Positions 9,660 through 16,760 of a stretch of 64,000 bases of DNA are shown here, in pieces (within the stretch, counting starts at the first letter, position 1; every line of letters starts with the position of its first letter). Source of the DNA: an uncultured Muribaculaceae bacterium (GTDB taxonomy: Bacteria; Bacteroidota; Bacteroidia; Bacteroidales; Muribaculaceae); assembly GCA_910577585.1 (NCBI GenBank), contig CAJTNN010000001.1, positions 8,925-72,924 of the forward strand, given 5' to 3'. Below the pieces are notes generated by a model, which made no database searches, had not been told where the DNA came from, and saw nothing but the letters and a program-made list of their open reading frames with translations. The position numbers and the translations under genes were made by a program.

Positions 9660-10031
9660 TTATCTGATGATTGCACGACCGGCCCATACCAGAAGTATGC
9701 CGATCACAACAGTGGCAACGAGATAGGCTGCGAAGGTGCCCCAGTCACCCTTGCTGCCAAGCACCCACATGTCATCGGCAAACGATGAGAATGTGGTGAA
9801 GCCGCCGCAGAATCCGGTGATGAGAAGCACATTCTCACCCGGTGTCATCACGTGGGCCTTCTCAAGCAATCCGAAGAAGATGCAGATAAGGAAGCATCCG
9901 ATGATGTTGACCAGGAACGTGCCCATAGGGAAGGCTCCGTGAAACATTCCTGAACTCCATTTCCCGACAAGGAATCGTCCGCATGTGCCCACAAATCCGC
10001 CGGCACCTGCAATAAGCATTGATTTAATCAT
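9660..10031 (-). CDS. crcB: Fluoride efflux channel CrcB/FluC
   Basis: GGFVGTCGR, FPMGTFLVNIIG and TGFCGGFTTFSSF signature; 4 TM helices. Confidence 0.95.
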   Translation of the reverse strand: MIKSMLIAGAGGFVGTCGRFLVGKWSSGMFHGAFPMGTFLVNIIGCFLICIFFGLLEKAHVMTPGENVLLITGFCGGFTTFSSFADDMWVLGSKGDWGTFAAYLVATVVIGILLVWAGRAIIR

Positions 10032-10061
10032 AGTGAAATAAGATTAAGTTAAGTTTTTCTA

Positions 10062-10141
10062 TGATTCCCTCGCAATCCCGGCTCTCCGCTCCGGGTGGAA
10101 TCAGCCGGAATCGGTGGCTATATGCCGCTACATCTTTGGCA
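10062..10141 (-). promoter_or_regulatory. Candidate fluoride-riboswitch-like structured leader (atypical)
   Basis: Minus strand reads TGCC-AAAGATGTAGC-GGCA TATA GCC-ACCGATTCC-GGC TGATTCCAC directly upstream of crcB, resembling the P1(GAUG loop)/P2/GCUGA layout; pseudoknot pairing is imperfect. Confidence 0.45.
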
Positions 10142-10264
10142 GATGTTTGCCGGATTGAGGGTATAGAGAGTGGACTGATCATCAGCCTCCACACACCCGA
10201 AAGGAATCATCAAGTTAAGATTTATTTTACAATTTCAACAAACAACAACTATAAAGGTTGAACA

Positions 10265-11773
10265 ATGGGTAGAAAAAAACGTCCCCTTCCGCTGCTGGAG
10301 GGTATTGAGATAACCGGGCTGGCTGCTGAAGGAAAGGCTCTCGCCAAAGTCAGACTCCGGCCTGAGGATGAGTCTCCGATTGTGATATTCATCCCCTACG
10401 GTGCACCGGGTGATATTGTGGATATTCAGCTCGACAAGAAGAAGCATTCGTATGCCGAGGCCCACATCACACGCATGGTCACACCTTCGGCCATGCGCTG
10501 CGAGCCTATGTGCAGCCATTTCAGTATCTGTGGCGGCTGCAAATGGCAGCATATCCCCTATGCCGAGCAACTGGTGCAGAAGCATACGCAGGTCAGCGAT
10601 GCACTCACACGCATCGGCAAAATCTCACTGCCTGAGATTCGCCCCACTCTCGGGTCGGCCGCGACGGTGGCCTACCGCAACAAGATGGAGTATACATTCT
10701 CCAATAAGAAGTGGCGCACTTTTGAGGAGTTACGCTCGGGAGTGGAATTCACCGACTCGCCGAATGCTCTTGGGTTCCACATACCCGGTGCGTTCGATAA
10801 GGTGCTCCACATCGAGAAGTGCTGGCTGCAGGAGGAGTTCGGCAATCGGGTGCGCAATTTCATCTATGACTATGCGCTGAAGAATGGCCTGAGTTTCTAC
10901 GACATCCGCAACAACCATGGGCTGCTGCGCACACTGATGATACGCACCGCCTCGACTGGTCAGAAAATGGTGGTGGTGGCCTTCGGCGAAGATGATGCTG
11001 CGGCTATCGCTTCGCTGATGGATGCTGTGGCTGCCGAATTCCCCGAAATCACCTCGCTTCAATATGCCATCAACCTGAAGCTCAATGACTCGCTGGCTGA
11101 CGTCGAGATTAACCCATGGCGTGGCCCGGCGTTTATCGAGGAGGAGATGGAGGGGCTGCGCTTCCGGGTGAATGCGAAGTCGTTCTACCAGACAAATTCT
11201 CGCCAGGCCTACGAACTCTATAAGGTGACTCGCCTATTCGCCGGTCTTGACCCGTCAGATCCGGGTTATGCCGCAGGTTCTGCTGCCACAGGCGAGGCTA
11301 TACCCTCATGGGTTGCCGAAGGGCGCAAGCCTCTGGTGTATGATCTCTACACCGGCACCGGCACAATCGCCAACTTCGTGGCGCGCCAGGCCGAGGCTGT
11401 GGTGGGCATTGAGTATGTGGAGGTGGCCATTGAGGATGCACGCCTCAACTCTAAGGTCAACGGCATCGACAACACCACCTTCTTCGCCGGCGACATGAAG
11501 GATGTACTGACTGATGATTTCATCAGCCGTCACGGACGTCCTGACGTGATGATTGTGGATCCTCCGCGGGCCGGTATGCACGAGGATGTGGTGAAGGTGA
11601 TTCTTAACGCCGCCCCGGAGGTGATAGTCTACGTCAGCTGCAATCCGGCCACCCAGGCCCGCGACCTGGCGCTGATGGACTCTGCCTACCGCGTGACCGA
11701 TGTGCAACCCGTAGATATGTTCCCACACACCCACCACGTGGAGAATGTGGTGCGCCTACGCCGACGCGAATGA
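10265..11773 (+). CDS. rlmD: 23S rRNA (uracil-1939-C5)-methyltransferase
   Basis: TRAM domain, CSHFSICGGC Fe-S motif, SFYQTN, DLYTGTG, DPPRAG, YVSCNP, DMFPHTHHVE. Confidence 0.95.
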   Translation: MGRKKRPLPLLEGIEITGLAAEGKALAKVRLRPEDESPIVIFIPYGAPGDIVDIQLDKKKHSYAEAHITRMVTPSAMRCEPMCSHFSICGGCKWQHIPYAEQLVQKHTQVSDALTRIGKISLPEIRPTLGSAATVAYRNKMEYTFSNKKWRTFEELRSGVEFTDSPNALGFHIPGAFDKVLHIEKCWLQEEFGNRVRNFIYDYALKNGLSFYDIRNNHGLLRTLMIRTASTGQKMVVVAFGEDDAAAIASLMDAVAAEFPEITSLQYAINLKLNDSLADVEINPWRGPAFIEEEMEGLRFRVNAKSFYQTNSRQAYELYKVTRLFAGLDPSDPGYAAGSAATGEAIPSWVAEGRKPLVYDLYTGTGTIANFVARQAEAVVGIEYVEVAIEDARLNSKVNGIDNTTFFAGDMKDVLTDDFISRHGRPDVMIVDPPRAGMHEDVVKVILNAAPEVIVYVSCNPATQARDLALMDSAYRVTDVQPVDMFPHTHHVENVVRLRRRE

Positions 11774-11820
11774 CCCTCTCCCCATCCGTACCCCCCCCAC
11801 GAAAATTGCATTTTTGATTC

Positions 11821-11922
11821 GTAAACGGCCCAAACTACTGCATCGCGGAGTTTGGGCCGTTTACCGTGGAAGGAGGGACGGAACAGTCGTATATTCCGCC
11901 ACACTGGCTACCGCTCCGTCCC
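11821..11922. repeat. Two adjacent long hairpins between rlmD and the Fic gene
   Basis: Perfect 16-bp inverted repeat GTAAACGGCCCAAACT/AGTTTGGGCCGTTTAC, then AGGGACGGA...TCCGTCCCT. Confidence 0.7.
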
Positions 11923-11993
11923 TAACCGCGTTCAAATACCACTCTCAATTTTTTGAAACTCTCAATGCAGTTGACAAGAGAAGCTGTTCAGAT

Positions 11994-12024
11994 TTTGAAT
12001 TTCAGGAATTTTGCGTTATATTTG
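11994..12024 (+). promoter_or_regulatory. -33/-7 promoter of the Fic gene
   Basis: TTTG (11994-11997), 19-nt spacer, TATATTTG (12017-12024). Confidence 0.7.
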
Positions 12025-12084
12025 CATCAAATAAGAGTATTGCAATTGCATCAAATAAGAGTATTACAATCGCAATAAATAAGA
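12022..12084 (+). repeat. 24-bp tandem direct repeats (two near-perfect, one degenerate) overlapping the Fic transcription start
   Basis: TTGCATCAAATAAGAGTATTGCAA / TTGCATCAAATAAGAGTATTACAA / TCGCAATAAATAAGA. Confidence 0.85.
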
Positions 12085-12130
12085 ACAACTGTCAGTTAGA
12101 ATATAAGAGCAACACAACAATATTATAATA

Positions 12131-13654
12131 ATGGCAACACCACAGCAACTTCTTGCAGACTCTCTTGAAGAACTGCACAGGCTTCAAGATTCTAATCCTC
12201 ATGTTGTAATACGGGGAACAGAACAACTGTCTCGTACTCATTTGAAACGCCTCCTCGACAATGGTTGGTTGCAAGAGGTGATGAAAGGATGGTATGTCCC
12301 ATCACATCCAGGCAGTGAGGGTGACACTGCTGTATGGTATACATCATACTGGCATTTCATCCGTGCTTATGCTAAATGGAAATTTGGTTCAGACTGGTGC
12401 TTGTCACCAGAAATGTCGCTTGACATTCATTCAGGGAAAACAACTGTGCCGACACAACTTATAATTAAGTCGCCCAAAGCGAACAATAATCTGGTTGGGC
12501 TTCCTTATGGGCATTCTTTGCTTACACTTAGGGGGGACGTCGAGCAAGAGTATATTGAGGTAGAGCCAAACTCCGGGTTAAATCTCCTCACGCTTGAATA
12601 TGCGTTGGCCTATGCTTCCCCTTCTTATTATCGCAATGATTCGACATCTGCAAAAGTGTGCCTTTCTATGCTTGCAACATCTGTGAATATTTTGAAGGTG
12701 TTGACAAGAAATGGTGCGACTACGCGAGCAGGGCGCATAATTGGAGCAATGAGATCCATAGGCAATTCCATTGCGGCTGATGAAATTTCAACCACAATGA
12801 AAGACTTTGGCTATACTATCGTAGAAGAGAATCCTTTTGAGGAGTTGCCTCCGACCTCAATCGCCGGACCCGTCTCACCTTATGTAGGTAGATTAAGGCT
12901 CATGTGGCAGAATATGCGACAACAAGTAATCGATAATTTCCCTGAGTTGCCTCATCATGTCGCTGATGCCGACAAATATCTCGCACAAGTTGACGAAAAA
13001 TATTTGGAGGACGCTTATCATTCACTGTCAATAGAGGGTTATCAAGTGTCACGTGAACTTATTGAAAAAGTGCGGAGTGGCAATTGGAAACCAGATGCAG
13101 ACGACAGAGAACACAGAAACGCATTGGTAGCCCGTGGTTACTACCAAGCCTTTCAAGCTGTGAAGGATTCTGTGAATAAGATTATCAGAAATACAAATCC
13201 CGGCGCAGTTGTTGGTAAAGACCATTCGAGATGGTACCGTCAGATGTGGATGCCATTTGTCACTGCTGGTATACTCTCTGCTTCTGATCTCATTGGGTAT
13301 CGTAACAGCCAAGTTTATATCAGAGGTTCGCAGCACATTCCACTTAATCCGAAGGCTGTGGCTGACGCAATGCCTGAATTTTTCAGACTGCTTACGGATG
13401 AACCCGATGCAAGAGTCCGCGCCGTACTTGGGCACTTTATGTTCGTATTTATCCATCCTTATATGGATGGGAATGGTCGAATGGGACGCTTTATCCTTAA
13501 TGCAATGCTTGCATCCGGAGGTTATCCTTGGACTGTAGTTCCTTTGGAATCACGAAAGGAATATATGAAGGCTCTTGAAAAAGCCAGTGTATCATCAGAC
13601 ATCAGTGACTTCACAAGGATTATAGCCACACTGGTATCCTCAAATAACAAGTAA
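12131..13654 (+). CDS. Fic family protein (AMPylase-type motif) with a long N-terminal extension
   Basis: HPYMDGNGRMGR Fic motif; SLSIEG matches the (S/T)xxxE(G/N) autoinhibitory motif; visibly AT-richer than flanking genes. Confidence 0.9.
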   Translation: MATPQQLLADSLEELHRLQDSNPHVVIRGTEQLSRTHLKRLLDNGWLQEVMKGWYVPSHPGSEGDTAVWYTSYWHFIRAYAKWKFGSDWCLSPEMSLDIHSGKTTVPTQLIIKSPKANNNLVGLPYGHSLLTLRGDVEQEYIEVEPNSGLNLLTLEYALAYASPSYYRNDSTSAKVCLSMLATSVNILKVLTRNGATTRAGRIIGAMRSIGNSIAADEISTTMKDFGYTIVEENPFEELPPTSIAGPVSPYVGRLRLMWQNMRQQVIDNFPELPHHVADADKYLAQVDEKYLEDAYHSLSIEGYQVSRELIEKVRSGNWKPDADDREHRNALVARGYYQAFQAVKDSVNKIIRNTNPGAVVGKDHSRWYRQMWMPFVTAGILSASDLIGYRNSQVYIRGSQHIPLNPKAVADAMPEFFRLLTDEPDARVRAVLGHFMFVFIHPYMDGNGRMGRFILNAMLASGGYPWTVVPLESRKEYMKALEKASVSSDISDFTRIIATLVSSNNK

Positions 13655-13663
13655 GCAACCTTA

Positions 13664-13740
13664 AGTATCTCTCAAAAATAATGCATAAGTAGTTGTTCAT
13701 TAATTCTTCGCAACTACTTATCTAATTTCTGAGAGATACT
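13664..13740. mobile_element. Nested palindromic elements: a 35-bp TAAGTAGTTG-family mini-copy (13686-13720) inserted into an AGTATCTCTC-family hairpin
   Basis: Outer inverted repeat AGTATCTCTCAAAAAT / ATTTCTGAGAGATACT; inner TAAGTAGTTG...TTAATTCTTCGCAACTACTTA, whose right end is identical to that of the 30998-31192 element. Confidence 0.75.
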
Positions 13741-13828
13741 CATTTGGCAAAATCTGCGACGAAATACTTTGGTAAATGCCCCCACCTCTGCGATGCGGTA
13801 GTTTAATCCCTGATTTCATCAGAAAGAT

Positions 13829-13872
13829 GCCTCCCGGCATGATAGGATTGCGTATCCTTCATGCCGGGAGGC
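13829..13872. terminator. Long GC-rich hairpin between convergent fic and hutH
   Basis: GCCTCCCGGCATGA-TAGGAT...ATCCT-TCATGCCGGGAGGC. Confidence 0.6.
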
Positions 13873-13899
13873 CGTTACTTTATCAGTGGGTCGATGTCA

Positions 13900-13942
13900 A
13901 GTATCTCTCAAAAGTAGTTGTGCCTTATTATTCGGAGGTACT
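13900..13942. repeat. Second, uninterrupted (degenerate) AGTATCTCTC-family palindromic repeat
   Basis: AGTATCTCTCAAAA...TTCGGAGGTACT; the first 14 nt are identical to 13664-13677. Confidence 0.6.
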
Positions 13943-13944
13943 TA

Positions 13945-15453
13945 TCAATCGACGGCTTTCTCGAGCACGATGTCGAAGTGGTCGAGGAAGTTCATAGTCT
14001 TCTTGATGTAGTCTTCCATCACCACGTCGTCCTCTACGAAGGGCACCTCCTTGCGGTAGCTCTCCATCACAGTCTCGATATAGGGAGAGGATTTGAGCGG
14101 ACGGCGGAAGTCAATGCCCTGGGCGGCATTCATCAGCTCTACGGCTGCGATATATTTCAGATTGTCAATTATCTTATGCAGCTTGGTGGCGGCATTGGCA
14201 CCCATCGACACAAGGTCCTCCTGGCCATTCGAGCTCACAATCGAGTCGCAGCTTGCCGGCCAGGCGTACATCTTGTTCTGGCTCACCATCGATGCCGCAG
14301 CATACTGCGGAATCATGAAGCCAGAGTTCAGGCCCGGCTTGGCCACGAGGAACTCGGGCAATCCGCGCAGACCCATGATGAGCTGCGCCACACGGCGCTC
14401 GGAGATATTGCCGAGTTCATGCAGCGCCACACCCATATAATCAAAGGCCAGCGCCAGAGGCTCGCCATGGAAGTTGCCACCCGACACCACCATATCCTCA
14501 TCAGGGAAGACTGTGGGATTGTCGGTGACTGAGTTGATCTCGATATGCAGCACATCGGTGACATGGTTCATGGCATCCTTCACCGCGCCATGCACCTGCG
14601 GAATGCAGCGGAATGAATAGGGATCCTGCACATGCTCCTTCTCGCGCTTGATAATCTCTGAGCCCTCGAGCAGCTGACGGAACATGCGTCCGGTCTCAAT
14701 CTGTCCGGGGTGAGGGCGCACCTGCTGGATGCAGTTGAAGAAGGGCTCGATGCGGCCGTCGAATGCTTCGAGCGACATTGCGCCGAAGAGGTCGAAGCAG
14801 TTCACGAGATGCCAGCCGTCGATGAGGGCCTTGATGCCGTTGGCGCTCATGAACTGGGTGCCGTTGAGCAGCGCCAGACCCTCTTTTGATTTCAGTTTGA
14901 TCGGGTTCCAGCCGAAGATGTTCAGCACCTCATGGCCCGAGCGGCGCTTACCCTGAAACATCACCTCACCCTCGCCGATAAGTGGCAGGAAGAGATTGGC
15001 CAGAGGGGCCAGGTCGCCGCTGGCTCCGAGTGAGCCACGGTCGTAGACCACCGGCAGGATATCATTATTATAGAAATCGAGTATACGCTTCACTGTCTCT
15101 ACCTGCACGCCGCTGAAGCCCATCGAGAGGGCATGGGCCTTGAGCAGGAGCATGAGCTTCACCACTTCGGGAGCCACCGGAGTGCCGACACTGCATGAAT
15201 GGCTCTTTACGAGATTCTCCTGCAGTGTGGTGAGGTCTTCGGGCGAGATATGCTTGTTGCAGAGCGAACCGAAACCTGTGGTGACGCCATAGATAGGCAC
15301 AGTGTTGGCATCCGTCTTCTTGTCGAGGAAGTCACGGCAATACTGAATCTTCTCTACTGCCTCATCCGAAAGCGTCAGTTTGGCGCCGCTCTTGAGGATC
15401 TCTTCTATCAGGTCGTAGGTCAATGGTGAGCTACCGATAGCATAAGTTTCCAT
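13945..15453 (-). CDS. hutH: Histidine ammonia-lyase
   Basis: YGVTTGFG, GSLGASGDLAPLA (MIO-forming ASG), QDPYSFRCIPQVHG, SGGNFHG. Confidence 0.97.
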   Translation of the reverse strand: METYAIGSSPLTYDLIEEILKSGAKLTLSDEAVEKIQYCRDFLDKKTDANTVPIYGVTTGFGSLCNKHISPEDLTTLQENLVKSHSCSVGTPVAPEVVKLMLLLKAHALSMGFSGVQVETVKRILDFYNNDILPVVYDRGSLGASGDLAPLANLFLPLIGEGEVMFQGKRRSGHEVLNIFGWNPIKLKSKEGLALLNGTQFMSANGIKALIDGWHLVNCFDLFGAMSLEAFDGRIEPFFNCIQQVRPHPGQIETGRMFRQLLEGSEIIKREKEHVQDPYSFRCIPQVHGAVKDAMNHVTDVLHIEINSVTDNPTVFPDEDMVVSGGNFHGEPLALAFDYMGVALHELGNISERRVAQLIMGLRGLPEFLVAKPGLNSGFMIPQYAAASMVSQNKMYAWPASCDSIVSSNGQEDLVSMGANAATKLHKIIDNLKYIAAVELMNAAQGIDFRRPLKSSPYIETVMESYRKEVPFVEDDVVMEDYIKKTMNFLDHFDIVLEKAVD

Positions 15454-15494
15454 ATGTCTTTATAGGGTATTAAAATTTAAGTTTTTCTGATTAT

Positions 15495-16751
15495 TCACTG
15501 AGGGGCTTGCCACACTACGCGGCCATCATGGATGGTGGTGGCCACACAGTTCATGCCCACATAGTAAGGAAGATAATTGATGTTGTCAAACTCAAGTATC
15601 GCCACATCGCCGCGCTTGCCACGCTCCAGGCTGCCGGTGTCGGCTGCCATGCCGAGTGCGGCGGCTCCATTGAGGGTGAGGGCGGTGATGGTCTCCTCGA
15701 TTGTCATCTGCATATAGATGCAGGCCAGGGCTATCGTGAGGGGTATCGAGCCTGAGAAGCAGCTGCCGGGATTGAGGTCGGTGGCAAGTGCCACAGCACC
15801 TCCTGCCTCGATAAACTTTCGGGCCGGGGCATAGGGCTCCTTCAGAGCGAAGGCAGTCAGCGGCAAGAGTGTGGCCACCACGCCGGCCTCGGCCATGCGC
15901 TTCACACCCTCATCGCTCACATGCAGCAGATGGTCGGCCGAGAGCGCACCGAGTTCGGCGGCAAGTTCGGCCCCTCCGAGAGTCACGATCTCATCGGCAT
16001 GAAGTTTGAGGGCGTAACCCTGCTCGCGGGCAGCCTTGAGCAGACGGCGGCTATCCTCGATTTCAAACACATTCTTCTCGCAAAACACATCGCAGCAACG
16101 CGCCAGACCGCGAAACTCGGGCAACATCTCGGCAATGAGGAAATCCACATACTCTGCCGTGCGCCCCTTATACTCTGTGGGCACCGCATGAGCCCCGAGG
16201 AAGGTGCTGACGATGTTGAGCGCGGCATCCTCCCTCTCGGCGAGCATGCGGATCGCTTCGAGCTGACGCCGCTCAGTGGCGAGGTCGAGCCCGTAGCCGC
16301 TTTTAGCCTCGACAGTGGTGACACCCATCTCCGACATTCGACGCAAAAACCAGTCAGCCTTCTCGGCCATATACTCGGCTGTGCAGCCGCGTGTGGCGTT
16401 GACTGTGCTCTGTATGCCGCCGCCACGCTCCATAATCGACATATAGGTGTCCCCCTTCAGTCTCCATGAGAACTCATCCGGGCGATAGCCTCCGAATACG
16501 AGATGCGTGTGGCTGTCGACAATGCCAGGGATGGCCACACGCCCCCCGGCATCGGTATATTCATATGTGTGCAGCGCGAGCAATTCAGCCGGACAATCCT
16601 TCTCATCGCCGGCAAACTCTATCATGCCGTCAACAATCACGATGATTCCCTTCTCGAAATGCGCCACCTTCGCCATATCGGCACCCCTCCGGGCCTCATT
16701 GCCCAGAGGAGTCACGATATGCACGTTTCTGATTATTCTATTCTGTTTCAT
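15495..16751 (-). CDS. hutI: Imidazolonepropionase
   Basis: PGIVDSHTHLVFGG, EAKSGYGL, KLHADE, ALATDLNPGS. Confidence 0.96.
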   Translation of the reverse strand: MKQNRIIRNVHIVTPLGNEARRGADMAKVAHFEKGIIVIVDGMIEFAGDEKDCPAELLALHTYEYTDAGGRVAIPGIVDSHTHLVFGGYRPDEFSWRLKGDTYMSIMERGGGIQSTVNATRGCTAEYMAEKADWFLRRMSEMGVTTVEAKSGYGLDLATERRQLEAIRMLAEREDAALNIVSTFLGAHAVPTEYKGRTAEYVDFLIAEMLPEFRGLARCCDVFCEKNVFEIEDSRRLLKAAREQGYALKLHADEIVTLGGAELAAELGALSADHLLHVSDEGVKRMAEAGVVATLLPLTAFALKEPYAPARKFIEAGGAVALATDLNPGSCFSGSIPLTIALACIYMQMTIEETITALTLNGAAALGMAADTGSLERGKRGDVAILEFDNINYLPYYVGMNCVATTIHDGRVVWQAPQ

Positions 16752-16760
16752 CAGTCAAAT

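Noticed and set aside
12022..12093. 24-bp repeats as a mini-CRISPR array
   Set aside because: The repeats are directly abutting with no spacers, and no cas genes are present.
11745..12128. 127-aa ORF in frame just before fic, as an antitoxin or read-through
   Set aside because: It spans hairpins, the promoter and tandem repeats, has no protein-like features, and ends in a stop before the fic ATG.
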